Source: a virus. From it: a DNA stretch of 64,000 bases. The notes beneath the pieces were generated by a model, which saw nothing but the letters and a program-made list of their open reading frames with translations, ran no database searches and had not been told where the DNA came from. Of the stretch, positions 29,278 through 39,631 are shown piece after piece. A program made the translations under genes and the position numbers. Location of the stretch: positions 8,419-72,418 of IMG/VR virus record IMGVR_UViG_3300032223_001832; one strand, given 5' to 3'. Numbering within the stretch: position 1 is the first letter of the stretch; each line of letters starts with the position of its first letter.

Positions 29278-30863
29278 CGTTCACTGGCACTCTTTTACCT
29301 TATCAACCCGAGGCTGTAGACCGCATGTGCGAGCGCGGAAAGATGCTTGTTGCATACGACCTTGGACTTGGTAAAACCGTTCTTACTATTGCCGCTATAG
29401 AACGGCTTATGGATGAGAACAAAGTTAAAGAGCCAGGTCTTATAATTTGTTTATCTTCACTGAAATACCAGTGGGCTAATCAGATTGAGAAATTTACAAG
29501 TGGTACTTCAAACGCTTTGGTCATTGATGGAACCCCAGCAAAACGCAAAGAACAATACGAACAGGCGTTCGACTGGCATAATTCAGGGGTTGACTACATC
29601 ATTCTCAATTATGAGCAAATTGTTAACGACTGGGACAGCGTTAAGAACCTCCCAAGAGGCTTTGTTGTACTCGACGAAGCAACAGCCATCAAATCATTTA
29701 AATCAAAACGAACCAAAGCAGTAAAGAGATTAATTAACGCTCCTTTTAGATTTGCTTTAACTGGTACTCCAATTGAAAACGGAAAACCAGAAGAGCTCTA
29801 CAGCATCATGCAGTTTGTAGACACCAACCTTCTTGGTCGTTTTGACATCTTTGACAAAACCTTTATCGTTCGTAACAACTGGGGCGGTGTAGAACGCTAC
29901 AAAAATTTGTCTACGCTACATGATGCTCTTAAACCTAGCTGTGTACGTAAGTCGCAAAAAGACCCTGACGTTGCCCCTTATCTTCCTGAGTCTATTCACA
30001 AAGAGCCTGTGATGATTACCTTTGACCGTAAAACATCCAAGCTTTACAGCAGAATTACAAATGACCTTATTCAAGAGTTAGACGACGCACAAGCTCTATT
30101 TGGGGCGTCTTTTAACATTCATGCTCATTACGGCTACGAATCTAAACGCGGTGGCCCTGAGGATGAAATTAGAGGTAAGATAATGTCTAAGATAGGTTGC
30201 CTTAAGATGCTGTGTTCTCACCCGCAGCTTTTGGTCACCAGTTCTCAAAAGTTTCATCAACTAAACGGAGAAGGGTCCGCATATGCGTCAGAATTGGTTA
30301 GTAGTGGTGCTCTCGACGGTGTTACTAGTTCGCCTAAACTGGATTACCTTATCCAGTATGTTAAAGACTTTCTTGAACAAAACGAAGCAAACAAAGTAGT
30401 TATATTTGCTACTTACGTAGACATGTTAGACATGATTGCTGAGGCTTTAGGTCCTGAGCAATGTCGTTTGTATTCAGGTAAGTTAGACGCTAAAACTAAA
30501 GAGGAGAACAAAATTGCTTTTAATACTGACCCTAATACTCGTGTCCTCATTAGTTCTGACGCTGGCGGGTATGGTGTTGATTTACCAGCAGCGAACTTAC
30601 TACTTAACTATGATTTGCCGTGGAGCAGCGGGGCAGCTATCCAAAGAAATGGAAGAATTAAGCGCGCTTCTTCAACGTGGGGCACTATTGTTATCCAAGA
30701 CATCCTCATCTCAGGCTCCATCGAAGAACGACAGTGGGAAGCCCTCCAGTTCAAAACCTCAGTAGCAGATGCGGTTATTGATGGAGAAGGAATTGATGAA
30801 GAAGACGGAATTAACATGTCTATAGGTAGTTTAAAGCAATTCCTATCTGGGGCTATCGTATAG
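29274..30863 (+). CDS. SNF2-family helicase
   Basis: DLGLGKT, LDEA, LTGTPIEN, GGYGVDL, NYDLPWS, QRNGR. Confidence 0.9.
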   Translation: MTFTGTLLPYQPEAVDRMCERGKMLVAYDLGLGKTVLTIAAIERLMDENKVKEPGLIICLSSLKYQWANQIEKFTSGTSNALVIDGTPAKRKEQYEQAFDWHNSGVDYIILNYEQIVNDWDSVKNLPRGFVVLDEATAIKSFKSKRTKAVKRLINAPFRFALTGTPIENGKPEELYSIMQFVDTNLLGRFDIFDKTFIVRNNWGGVERYKNLSTLHDALKPSCVRKSQKDPDVAPYLPESIHKEPVMITFDRKTSKLYSRITNDLIQELDDAQALFGASFNIHAHYGYESKRGGPEDEIRGKIMSKIGCLKMLCSHPQLLVTSSQKFHQLNGEGSAYASELVSSGALDGVTSSPKLDYLIQYVKDFLEQNEANKVVIFATYVDMLDMIAEALGPEQCRLYSGKLDAKTKEENKIAFNTDPNTRVLISSDAGGYGVDLPAANLLLNYDLPWSSGAAIQRNGRIKRASSTWGTIVIQDILISGSIEERQWEALQFKTSVADAVIDGEGIDEEDGINMSIGSLKQFLSGAIV

Positions 30864-30872
30864 AATATAGGG

Positions 30873-31022
30873 ATGCCTAATGCACCTAAGACTCCTACAC
30901 GTACTATCCGTGTATCTGACAGCCTATGGTCTGCTGTCCAAAAGAAGGCGGCTCAAGAGAAAGTCACCGTTACAAGCGTGATAATTGAGGCTCTCGAAGC
31001 GTATGTCGGGGTTGACAAGTAA
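30873..31022 (+). CDS. Ribbon-helix-helix DNA-binding protein, 49 aa (not in ORF track)
   Basis: MPNAPKTPTRTIRVSDSLWSAVQKKAAQEKVTVTSVIIEALEAYVGVDK*; TAGAAT-N6-ATG leaderless context. Confidence 0.75.
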   Translation: MPNAPKTPTRTIRVSDSLWSAVQKKAAQEKVTVTSVIIEALEAYVGVDK

Positions 31023-31040
31023 TCTAACCCGTATTAAGTT
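31012..31040 (+). promoter_or_regulatory. Sigma70-type promoter
   Basis: TTGACA-N17-TAAGTT upstream of 31065. Confidence 0.6.
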
Positions 31041-31064
31041 GGGGCTCCTAAACAGGGGAGAACC

Positions 31065-31469
31065 ATGGAACTTAAAGACATTAAGAGCAACTTACGTCAA
31101 TACCTACGCCTTAAAGATGAAATCGGTGTTTTAAGCACTCGACAAAACGAGCTTAAATCACGTCTTACAGAAGCTGTTGATGAAATTGAAGCTGATGACC
31201 GAGGTCATCGAGTACTGGTAGTAGAGGATGAACTTGCGGGAGAAGTGAAGCTAACCCGCCAACGTCGAGTATCTAAAACTCTTGACATGGAAGTTGCAGA
31301 AGACATCCTTACTAAAAAAGGTATTAAAGACACTTGTATTAAGATGGTTCCTCAAATTGATGAGGATGCAATCATGACTGCTTTTTACGGCGGATATTTA
31401 ACTGAAGAAGACATTGATAAAATGTTTCCAGCAAAAGTTTCATACGCATTTTTGGTTGATGCCAAGTGA
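31065..31469 (+). CDS. Hypothetical protein (N-terminal coiled coil)
   Basis: GGGGAG RBS; helical start followed by a beta region. Confidence 0.75.
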   Translation: MELKDIKSNLRQYLRLKDEIGVLSTRQNELKSRLTEAVDEIEADDRGHRVLVVEDELAGEVKLTRQRRVSKTLDMEVAEDILTKKGIKDTCIKMVPQIDEDAIMTAFYGGYLTEEDIDKMFPAKVSYAFLVDAK

Positions 31470-31606
31470 CCTACGACTTTATGGCACAAGAGTGGTTTGG
31501 TAAATGCGGTGCCTGTGGCACTGAGTTGTTTGCCCCCAATAAAGGTGCGTATGTGCTTCAGTACTCAATACATACACATTCTAAAGACTGCTTAGGTGGT
31601 TGGTAG
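31466..31606 (+). CDS. Small Zn-finger-like protein, 46 aa (not in ORF track)
   Basis: GTG start overlapping the upstream TGA; ..KCGACG...HTHSKDCLGGW*; fills the gap exactly. Confidence 0.55.
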   Translation: MTYDFMAQEWFGKCGACGTELFAPNKGAYVLQYSIHTHSKDCLGGW

Positions 31607-32073
31607 TGACTGACGATTTAATTGATTCTACTTTTTCTGACCTGGATGAGTACTACCCAGGCAGTAAACGCAAGCGCAAAAAATCCGTACCTAAGAAGCC
31701 AGAGATAGTTCCTGACGACTCTTGGGATTCAAAACCATTTATGAAAACTCTACCTAACGGTAATGAAGTAGAGATGTTCACAATTGGTGCGCTAGCGTCC
31801 GCACTAGGTCGCCCCGTAATAACTATCCGCACGTGGATTAAGGAAGGCTACCTACCTGCATCGCCATACCGCTTACCCGCTAAAAAAGATATTAACGGGG
31901 AAGACCACCAAGGCCGACGGCTGTACTCAAGGGCTATGGTGGAAAAGACAATCGAACTCTTTGCTTCGGCTGGACTTCTACACATAAAGCGTATAGAATG
32001 GCCATTACACCGACAGCTCAGTAATGAGATTGCCGAGGCTTGGAATAACATCCGAGCAACCGAAACTAAGTAA
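31606..32073 (+). CDS. MerR-like HTH DNA-binding protein
   Basis: FTIGALASALGR..TIRTWIKEGYLP...RRLYS. Confidence 0.75.
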   Translation: MTDDLIDSTFSDLDEYYPGSKRKRKKSVPKKPEIVPDDSWDSKPFMKTLPNGNEVEMFTIGALASALGRPVITIRTWIKEGYLPASPYRLPAKKDINGEDHQGRRLYSRAMVEKTIELFASAGLLHIKRIEWPLHRQLSNEIAEAWNNIRATETK

Positions 32074-32101
32074 ACACTATGATAAAAGGATGATAAACCA
32101 A

Positions 32102-32770
32102 ATGGCAGTAAACCGTACAGATGAATACGTAGTTGACAACGATGAGTTTGCGAACTCAGATGAACCAATTACAGCGCGTCCAGCGCAATCAACCAGCACT
32201 AACGTTTTGTCAGGCTGGGATGCAGCAACAGTCTCATCAAGTGGAGATTATCCAAAGGACTTTAAGTTCGTTGATGGGGAAATCCAAATTGTAAAGTTTC
32301 TTGACCCTAACGGTCCCTTTGCAGTTTATAAGCAGCACTACCTTGACCAGATTAAGACTGGAAAGCGTTCTTTTGTATCGCTAGGTAGCAACGACCCTCT
32401 TTGTGTAAAGCTTGGTAGCAAGCCTGAAGAAAAGAAAGCCTTCAGCATTGCTAACCTAAGTGCAGCAGGTGGTCCACAACGTCAAGTACTTACCGCTAGC
32501 CCACGACTTTATAAGTCGTTGCATGCAGCACACTTCTCACCACAGGGTCCTCTAACAAAGAACTACTGGGCAATTAGTCGCACAGGTAAGATGCAGACAA
32601 CCATTTATCACATTAACTCTGTAAAAGCCCGTGACCTCGCTGAGGACTGGGGCATCACCGATGTTGAGGCCATTGAAGCGGCTATCGCTAACATGGTCCC
32701 ATTTGACCGCTCCTTTATTAAGGAGAACACTTGGGAAGAACTAGACGCAATCGCGAACTCACTTCTCTAA
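32102..32770 (+). CDS. Single-stranded DNA-binding protein (gp32-like)
   Basis: Directly upstream of the polymerase; F.F.D....VKFL..P...YKQH, ISRTG...T.Y pattern. Confidence 0.6.
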   Translation: MAVNRTDEYVVDNDEFANSDEPITARPAQSTSTNVLSGWDAATVSSSGDYPKDFKFVDGEIQIVKFLDPNGPFAVYKQHYLDQIKTGKRSFVSLGSNDPLCVKLGSKPEEKKAFSIANLSAAGGPQRQVLTASPRLYKSLHAAHFSPQGPLTKNYWAISRTGKMQTTIYHINSVKARDLAEDWGITDVEAIEAAIANMVPFDRSFIKENTWEELDAIANSLL

Positions 32771-32839
32771 CAACTAGGTCGCTGGAGGGCCAGGTCAGTT
32801 TCCCCTGGTCCTGGCTCTCTAGCTTTACAGGGGATAAAC

Positions 32840-34810
32840 ATGAATATCATTACAACAAAAGAACAGTTAGACGAGATGGTCGCGTATTATCTCAAACAAG
32901 ATGCTTTTGCATTTGACGTGGAAACCGTTGGAGATTATCGCGGTATTCCAGCAGTAAACGATGTGTTGTGGATTAGCTTTGCAACATATGGCCGAGGTGA
33001 CGTAATCCCTATGGGCCACCCTCACGGAGAATTTATATCTGAGTCTTTTCCTTTAACAGGTCAAGGAGAGAAGCGTGTAGCCGCTGGTCTTCCTGCTCGT
33101 GACTCTGATTACTCACGCGATAAAAAGAAAGCTATTAAAGTATTTGGACCTGCCCCTGAACAGTTGTTTCCTGCAGAAGTTTTTAAGGCCATTAAGCCAT
33201 TAATGTTTAACGACAAGATTCTTACAATTGGTCACAACTTAGTTTTTGACCTGTCATCGGTTGCTAAGTATTACAAGGGTCAAATCCCTGATGGACCTTA
33301 TTTTGATACCCTTATGGCTTCTTTTTTATACAACAACCTTAACCGCGGCAAACTTGGTCTTGACGACTGTTTGCAACGTGAGCTTGGCTATTCAATGCAA
33401 AAGGGTATTGGCCACAAGGTAGAGATTTATGCGTTTAGTGAGGTAGCAAAGTATTCGTATCTTGATGCGAAGTACACGTTCCTATTGTGGAAAGACTTAG
33501 TGCCTAAGCTTGAGGCCGCTGAGGTTAACGTTGTTATGGACTTAGAGATGGATGTTTTAAAAGTCCTATGCGATATGAAACTTACAGGTGCTCCAATTGA
33601 CATGGAAGAACTGCAAGAGCTGTTTGATAAATTAAGTCAGGACATCGAGACAGCCAAATCTGAGGTTTATCGTATTGCTGGGCGTGTGTTTAATATGAAC
33701 TCCAACAACGAAAAGCAGTACGTTCTGTACGGACCTAAAGAAGAAGGTTGTCGTGGCCTTAAACCTGTACTTCTTACAGGTAAAGGTGCTAAGAAAGAAT
33801 CTGACTCTGTTGAGTACACGGATTACTCTGTATCTGCTGAGGCTTTAGAGCCGCTTCGTGAGAAGGATGAACTAGTAGGTGCGCTTCTTCACTACGCTGA
33901 TTTAAATAAGTTGATGAGTACTTATGTAATCCCGTACCTTGGTGGTGAAGTTACTAAGACTGTTAACGGCAAATCTAAGACTGAAGACCGTGAGTCAATG
34001 CTTATTAATGGTCGTATTTACGGAGATTTTGTTCAATGGGGTGCCGAGACTGGTCGTTTCTCTAGCCGTAACCCAAACCTACAAAACATTCCTAACCCAT
34101 CAGCCAGTGAGAACGGTCGTCGTATTCGTAATTTGTTTACCGCGCCTGACGGCTACAAGTTAGTTGTTGCTGACTACTCACAGATTGAGCCTCGCATTAT
34201 TGCGGCCATGTCTCAAGACCCAATTATGGTTAAGAACTACGTAGATGGCGGTGACATTTATACAACCGTAGGTGACACTATGGGAGTTGACCGTAAAGCG
34301 GGTAAGGTCTTGGTTCTTGCTATGGCATACGGCGTAGGTCCTGACAAGATTGCAAGAAGCATTGGTTGTACCGTGCCTGAAGCCAAAAAGCTTCTTAACG
34401 ACTTCTCTGAGAAGTTTTCTTCGGTAGACAAGTACCGCGGTCGCGTAGTGGGTGTAGCCCGTAATAAAGGTTACGTTACGACTATTTTAAAACGCCGTCG
34501 TTATCTGCCTGAGATTAACTCTCGTCAAGTTGGCTATAGAGCCAGCGCTGAGCGCCAAGCGTTCAACACGCGTATTCAAGGCTCTGCAGCAGATGTTATC
34601 AAGCTTGCTATGATTAGGGCACATAAGATGATTCCATCTGAGGCTAAGCTAATCCTCACAGTTCACGATGAACTGGTTACTTTGACTCCTGACCATCTTG
34701 TTGACAAAACTACAGAAGCTATCCGCGAGGCTATGGAAGGCATTACGCTTATCCCTATCCCATTGATTGCTGATATTAAGGTGGTTCAGAAGTGGGGCGA
34801 AGCTAAATGA
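32840..34810 (+). CDS. polA: DNA polymerase, family A (3'-5' exonuclease + polymerase)
   Basis: FDVET, GHNLVFD, TGRFSSRNPNLQNIP, ADYSQIEPR, K...L...YG, QGSAAD, VHDE. Confidence 0.95.
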   Translation: MNIITTKEQLDEMVAYYLKQDAFAFDVETVGDYRGIPAVNDVLWISFATYGRGDVIPMGHPHGEFISESFPLTGQGEKRVAAGLPARDSDYSRDKKKAIKVFGPAPEQLFPAEVFKAIKPLMFNDKILTIGHNLVFDLSSVAKYYKGQIPDGPYFDTLMASFLYNNLNRGKLGLDDCLQRELGYSMQKGIGHKVEIYAFSEVAKYSYLDAKYTFLLWKDLVPKLEAAEVNVVMDLEMDVLKVLCDMKLTGAPIDMEELQELFDKLSQDIETAKSEVYRIAGRVFNMNSNNEKQYVLYGPKEEGCRGLKPVLLTGKGAKKESDSVEYTDYSVSAEALEPLREKDELVGALLHYADLNKLMSTYVIPYLGGEVTKTVNGKSKTEDRESMLINGRIYGDFVQWGAETGRFSSRNPNLQNIPNPSASENGRRIRNLFTAPDGYKLVVADYSQIEPRIIAAMSQDPIMVKNYVDGGDIYTTVGDTMGVDRKAGKVLVLAMAYGVGPDKIARSIGCTVPEAKKLLNDFSEKFSSVDKYRGRVVGVARNKGYVTTILKRRRYLPEINSRQVGYRASAERQAFNTRIQGSAADVIKLAMIRAHKMIPSEAKLILTVHDELVTLTPDHLVDKTTEAIREAMEGITLIPIPLIADIKVVQKWGEAK

Positions 34811-35283
34811 GTTTTTTTGATAAATTTCGTAGAAAGCCAGAATACGTCATGGCTTCTATGGAAGTTCCTATGTCAACTATTCTTAGATGGTATTTATACG
34901 ATACCGCTATGGCTGAGGTTAATGAGATTTCAGAACTTATAGGCCTCACTCCAGTAAGTGAAGAGGGAGATTTAAAAGAAGAAGAAGATAGTGAAAACCG
35001 TTTACTAGCTATTTCTACTGTATTTCCTTACTTAGATTCAATTGCTGACATGAGCGCAAATGTATTGACCACTATTCACCTTAAAGAGTTGGGTGAAAAC
35101 GGTAATGACGATATGGCAAAGTTTATGGAAGAAGAATTAAATAGCATGAAATCAGTTTACAAAGCGGTTGCTTTATCAACTTTAGTTGGTGCGTTTTCTA
35201 TTGCAAACCATCTTCAATTAATTCACATTGATGCGATAGCCGCAGACACAGTAGAAGCAGATATGGAGATGTTCGATGAGTAG
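34807..35283 (+). CDS. Hypothetical acidic protein
   Basis: Overlaps the polA stop; tightly packed operon. Confidence 0.7.
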   Translation: MSFFDKFRRKPEYVMASMEVPMSTILRWYLYDTAMAEVNEISELIGLTPVSEEGDLKEEEDSENRLLAISTVFPYLDSIADMSANVLTTIHLKELGENGNDDMAKFMEEELNSMKSVYKAVALSTLVGAFSIANHLQLIHIDAIAADTVEADMEMFDE

Positions 35284-35674
35284 TAGCAATTGGTGGGCTA
35301 AGCAGTTAGGTACCAACCCTCCTGCGCCACGCCCAGTTTCACCGCCTGAAGTGTCAGGTACTCATCAACCGCAAATGCCTGCAGTACCATTGCCACAGTC
35401 TTACGCGCCTACACCTAACTATCCTCAAGTACCACAGCAACAATTAGCACCTGTGTGCCCAAGTTGCCGTAGTGGTAATTACGGTGGTCCCGCTGGTTAT
35501 AAGCCTCGTTGCTATGACTGTGGTTATCCAATTGAGCAATCTGGTTCAGGATTAGGTAAAGGCATTACAGGAGGGCCACAGGCTTCAGGGCCTGCAACTC
35601 CTGCTAAGCAAGTAGCAACAGGTGGGTTCAATGGAACCAAGCCTGTAATTGGAGCAGACGGAGGGTTCATGTAA
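35276..35674 (+). CDS. Pro-rich zinc-ribbon protein
   Basis: CPSCRS..Y...RCYDCGYP. Confidence 0.7.
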   Translation: MSSSNWWAKQLGTNPPAPRPVSPPEVSGTHQPQMPAVPLPQSYAPTPNYPQVPQQQLAPVCPSCRSGNYGGPAGYKPRCYDCGYPIEQSGSGLGKGITGGPQASGPATPAKQVATGGFNGTKPVIGADGGFM

Positions 35675-36729
35675 TGGCTGCAATATCAGCAGAGTTAGCA
35701 AAAGCGTTTAAGGATATTAACAAGAGCATGGGCGAAGGCACCATCGTTCTTGGTTCAGACATTCGTGAAGATGTTATGGGATACATAACCACTGGTTCTA
35801 TTTCACTTGATGTTGCGCTTGGTGGTGGTTGGCCAATTAACCAATGGCACGAAATTATTGGCGAAGAAAGCCAAGGTAAGACAGCTATTGCCCTTAAGAC
35901 AATTGCTGCTAACCAAGCAAAAGACCCAGAGTTCACTACTGTATGGATTGCTGCTGAACAGTGGGTTCCTAAGTACGCAGAGATGTGCGGAGTAGACACG
36001 TCTCGCGTGTATATCGTTTCTACAAATATTATGGAGGAAGCCTATGAGGCTGTCATTAAAGTCACCGAAACTAAAGCTGTTGATTGCATTGTTGTTGATT
36101 CCCTCCCTGCTTTGGTACCTGGGGCAGAGGACGATAAAAACATGGATGAACACACCGTCGGACGAGGAGCACTCCTAACCAACAAGTTCTTTCGCAAAGT
36201 AGGTCTTGCTTCAAAACGCTCGCTTGTAGAATACGAGCGTCCTTTTGTTGGAATTATTATTAATCAATGGCGTGACAAGGTTGGCGTTATGTATGGCGAC
36301 CCACGCACTACACCAGGCGGCAAGGGTAAAAACTATAGTTATTTTACCCGTGTAGATATGCGCCGTGACGACTGGATTGAAGCTGGTTCAGGAGAAAATA
36401 AGCGTCGTGTAGGTCAGGTAATTAAAGCCCGAGTACTAAAGAACAAATCAGCCCCACCTTCACGTGTGGCTAGCTTTGACTTTTACTTTGCAGAGGGCGG
36501 AGAAATCCCTGCAGGAGAGTTGGACTTTGGTAAAGAACTTATTGCTATCGGCAAGTTAAATGGCGTTATAGCCCGTGCTGGAGCCTACTATCGGTATGGC
36601 GAACGGCAATGGCAAGGTGCAGATGCTATGCTTAGCTCAATTCGGGAAGAAGTTGAACTCAAAGAGGCCCTTGAACGGGATGTACTAGACTCAATTAAAG
36701 CTGGGTCTAAGTTTGCATATGAAGAGTAA
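35674..36729 (+). CDS. recA: RecA/UvsX-like recombinase
   Basis: TGSISLDVALGGG, GEESQGKT, VVDS, INQ.R.K.GVMYG.P.TTPGG, KNK. Confidence 0.92.
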   Translation: MAAISAELAKAFKDINKSMGEGTIVLGSDIREDVMGYITTGSISLDVALGGGWPINQWHEIIGEESQGKTAIALKTIAANQAKDPEFTTVWIAAEQWVPKYAEMCGVDTSRVYIVSTNIMEEAYEAVIKVTETKAVDCIVVDSLPALVPGAEDDKNMDEHTVGRGALLTNKFFRKVGLASKRSLVEYERPFVGIIINQWRDKVGVMYGDPRTTPGGKGKNYSYFTRVDMRRDDWIEAGSGENKRRVGQVIKARVLKNKSAPPSRVASFDFYFAEGGEIPAGELDFGKELIAIGKLNGVIARAGAYYRYGERQWQGADAMLSSIREEVELKEALERDVLDSIKAGSKFAYEE

Positions 36730-37078
36730 GGGCCAAAAAGAGTCTCAGAAGCACGAGGCGCGGTTAGCAAAGAAGTTCGGTGGTTCCACAGTGGCAGCCA
36801 GCGGAGCTTTTTGGAGCCGTAAAGGCGATGTTCGTTCACAAGAGTTATTAATAGAACACAAGTGGACAGGCAAAGCTTCCTTTACCGTCAAAGCGACAGT
36901 TCTGGAAAAGATTGTTAACGAAGCAATCCTTGATACAAGAATGCCTGTGCTAGGTGTGAGTCTCAATGATAAGAATTACGTGTTGCTTACTGAAGACGAT
37001 TTTCTAGAAATGCGCCAAACTCTTCAGGAGCACACTTGTACGAAGACGTCGGACATAACGAAGGCTGGAGATATCTAG
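36719..37078 (+). CDS. PD-(D/E)XK nuclease, Holliday-junction-resolvase-like
   Basis: E.RLA..FGG....SGA....KGDV....LIEHK.T. Confidence 0.7.
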   Translation: MKSKGQKESQKHEARLAKKFGGSTVAASGAFWSRKGDVRSQELLIEHKWTGKASFTVKATVLEKIVNEAILDTRMPVLGVSLNDKNYVLLTEDDFLEMRQTLQEHTCTKTSDITKAGDI

Positions 37079-37353
37079 CCAAGTGTCATGGCATGGATAC
37101 TGAACTGTGGTATCCCCCACGAGACAAATCTAAATATAAATCTATTGCAGAGATTTCAAAAGCTGTTTGCTATGGCAAAGACGGCTTGCCTGAATGTCCT
37201 GTGCGTAAAGAGTGTTTGCTCTACGCAGAGAAGATGGACGAGCAACATGGAATCTGGGGTGGCATGAGCCACCGTGAGCGTAACGCATTAAAAAGAAAAG
37301 CTGCTAAGGCGGGTCTAAGCCTTGAGGAGTGGATAAATACTCTTAAGTCGTGA
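37036..37353 (+). CDS. whiB: WhiB-family Fe-S transcription factor
   Basis: W...AKC...K.VC...CPVR.EC..YA....GIWGG....ER. Confidence 0.92.
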   Translation: MYEDVGHNEGWRYLAKCHGMDTELWYPPRDKSKYKSIAEISKAVCYGKDGLPECPVRKECLLYAEKMDEQHGIWGGMSHRERNALKRKAAKAGLSLEEWINTLKS

Positions 37354-37365
37354 TAGGTTACCGCC

Positions 37366-38214
37366 ATGACTACAAAGTACAAACCAAGCGGTGCATTAAA
37401 GAGTTTTATAGACGTGGCTAAAAAAGACACACGAGTATTAGGTTCTGTAGAACGTTATCTACTATCAAAGCCACGTGATGAGTCGCGTCGAACAGATGTT
37501 CTACACCCATCAGAGATGGCTGGAGATGACTGGTGTTATCGCGCTTCGTACTATCAGCTATTAGGTCATGCGCCTGTCGCAAAGCGCAAAGCCTCACTTA
37601 CTTTGTTATCTGTATTTGAAGAAGGACACGCTATTCATGCCAAATGGCAACGCTGGTTTTATGAGATGGGTGTTATGTATGGCAAGTGGTATTGCAAAGA
37701 CTGTGAAGAGATGTTCTGGGGCGGTTCAGACTGCCATGAAGGGCCACTTGAGTACCGAGAAGTTCCGCTGTTTTATGAGCCACTGCGTATCTTTGGGCAT
37801 TCCGATGGTTGGCTAGTTGGCCTTGGAGAACCTTTAATGCTTGAGGTTAAGTCAGTAGGTATGGGTACCCTTCGCTGGGAAGCGCCTGAACTTTTGATTG
37901 AGCACGATAATAACTTTGAAGCGGCATGGAAAGCTTTAAAAGCACCATTTAGAAAGCACATCACTCAGGTTCAGATTTATATGAAGTTGGCTGAGTTGCT
38001 TGGGTATGAGAATGTGCCACAAGAAGCCGTACTTATTTATGAGGCAAAACCTAACCAAGAAGCAAAAGAATTTGTAGTCCCTAAATCTGATTTTGGTATT
38101 ACCGAGTTGTTTGAGGCTGCAGAGATGATTGTCAAAGCAGTTAATGATAAGGTTCCACCAGTATGCAATATCGCTACAGATGGTTGCGCAAAGTGCAGGG
38201 GATATAATGATTAA
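37366..38214 (+). CDS. Cas4-like PD-(D/E)XK exonuclease
   Basis: HPS...C.R, G..IH, GHSDG, LEVKS, Q.QIYM, C-terminal C..C..C. Confidence 0.8.
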   Translation: MTTKYKPSGALKSFIDVAKKDTRVLGSVERYLLSKPRDESRRTDVLHPSEMAGDDWCYRASYYQLLGHAPVAKRKASLTLLSVFEEGHAIHAKWQRWFYEMGVMYGKWYCKDCEEMFWGGSDCHEGPLEYREVPLFYEPLRIFGHSDGWLVGLGEPLMLEVKSVGMGTLRWEAPELLIEHDNNFEAAWKALKAPFRKHITQVQIYMKLAELLGYENVPQEAVLIYEAKPNQEAKEFVVPKSDFGITELFEAAEMIVKAVNDKVPPVCNIATDGCAKCRGYND

Positions 38215-38683
38215 TTTAGTAACTACTGGCGTCAGTGAAGAAGTTATAAAGGTACTTGAGGCCCAAGGGTTGCCTGTAAAGCGCAACCTAGATATTGAAG
38301 TTCCACCGTTTCCACGTGATATTACGATGGTAGACGACCAAGAACTTATGGTTCTTATGACTAACTACATGGAAAACTACAGCTTTATTCGTACCCAAGT
38401 AGCTGCTGCTGCTTTGTCTGAAACAGAAGCAGAGAACGAATACGCCATGGCAGAGGCTAAAGCTTTGCTTACCCACACCTCAGGCAAGAGCACAGAGAAA
38501 GCCACAATGTTGAAGTCTACGGTTATGTCTCTAGATGAGATTCAAGACCTTAGCCGCAAGAAGCTTTATGCTCACGCTTACCGAAAGATGCTCGAGACAA
38601 CTATGGATAACTTAGAGCGGTACTACAGTCTTACAAGTCGTGAACTAACTCGTCGCACATCTTCTATGAGGTCACGCTTCTAG
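38207..38683 (+). CDS. Helical protein, possibly a UvsY-like recombination mediator
   Basis: Coiled coil ending SRELTRR, within the recombination cluster. Confidence 0.45.
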   Translation: MINLVTTGVSEEVIKVLEAQGLPVKRNLDIEVPPFPRDITMVDDQELMVLMTNYMENYSFIRTQVAAAALSETEAENEYAMAEAKALLTHTSGKSTEKATMLKSTVMSLDEIQDLSRKKLYAHAYRKMLETTMDNLERYYSLTSRELTRRTSSMRSRF

Positions 38684-39222
38684 TGAAGGTTTTTAATAAA
38701 GGGGTCGTGGACCCTGCTCAACCTGTGTACATTGGTATTGACCAGTCATACACAGGTTTTGCTTTAACCGCTGTGCAGGGAGACTCGTTTTATAGCGAGG
38801 TTTACAAGTCCGATAAACACGGCATAGACCGACTTCGCGATATACAAGCACATGTAATGAACTGGCTTCATCAGTTTGACCATATAGAAGACGTGGCCAT
38901 GGAAGGTTATGCGTTTGGTTCACAAATGGCTAATATGCTTGGTGAACTAGGCGGGATGGTTAAGTTGACCCTTTTAGACTTTGGCATCTACCCATTAATT
39001 GTTCCGCCAACCAGCCTTAAGAAGTACGTGACAGGCAAAGGTACAGGTGTGCCTAAAAGTCAAATGCTTTTGCACGTTTATAAAAAATGGAATGTGGACA
39101 TCACAGATGACAACGCGGCTGATTCGTATGCTTTGGCCCGCCTCGTGTCGGGGTCGCATACCCTTGCTTATGAAAAAGAGATTTATGATAAGCTTCAGGA
39201 CCCAAAGTTTAGGGAGAGATAA
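38683..39222 (+). CDS. ruvC: RuvC-like Holliday junction resolvase
   Basis: IGIDQS.TG, EGYAF, LKKYVTGKG..K, DN.ADS. Confidence 0.85.
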   Translation: MKVFNKGVVDPAQPVYIGIDQSYTGFALTAVQGDSFYSEVYKSDKHGIDRLRDIQAHVMNWLHQFDHIEDVAMEGYAFGSQMANMLGELGGMVKLTLLDFGIYPLIVPPTSLKKYVTGKGTGVPKSQMLLHVYKKWNVDITDDNAADSYALARLVSGSHTLAYEKEIYDKLQDPKFRER

Positions 39223-39392
39223 TGCCTAACTATGACTTTACCTGTCTTACTTGTGATAAGACAACAGAAATTCATATGACCTACGATGCCACAGAGCGCC
39301 CTGTTTGTGATAAGTGTGGGGAGTTCATGTTTAAATCGTTTACCCCACCAGCAATTCATTTTAAAGGTGGGGGTTGGGGAGGCCAAGGATGA
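39222..39392 (+). CDS. FmdB-like zinc-ribbon protein, 56 aa (not in ORF track)
   Basis: MPNYDFTCLTC...CDKCG...FKGGGW. Confidence 0.8.
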   Translation: MPNYDFTCLTCDKTTEIHMTYDATERPVCDKCGEFMFKSFTPPAIHFKGGGWGGQG

Positions 39393-39631
39393 GTAAAACA
39401 CAAGATAAGCAAAAGGCTCGTATGGAAGAGACAAAAGCATTTGTACAACAACGTCGTCAATTACAGTACGAGATTTTAAAAAATAACTTTGATGTTGGGG
39501 TAAAGCTTTACTTGGACAATAAAGACAAGATGTCTGAGGACGAGATTAATCAAGTAGAAGGTATGATGGCTGAGCAGGAAGCTGCTCTTGAAAGGATTCG
39601 CCTTGAGGCCTATCCGAGCACTGAAGCCTGA
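39389..39631 (+). CDS. Hypothetical helical protein
   Basis: ATGA overlap with the upstream gene; GGAGG RBS. Confidence 0.65.
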   Translation: MSKTQDKQKARMEETKAFVQQRRQLQYEILKNNFDVGVKLYLDNKDKMSEDEINQVEGMMAEQEAALERIRLEAYPSTEA

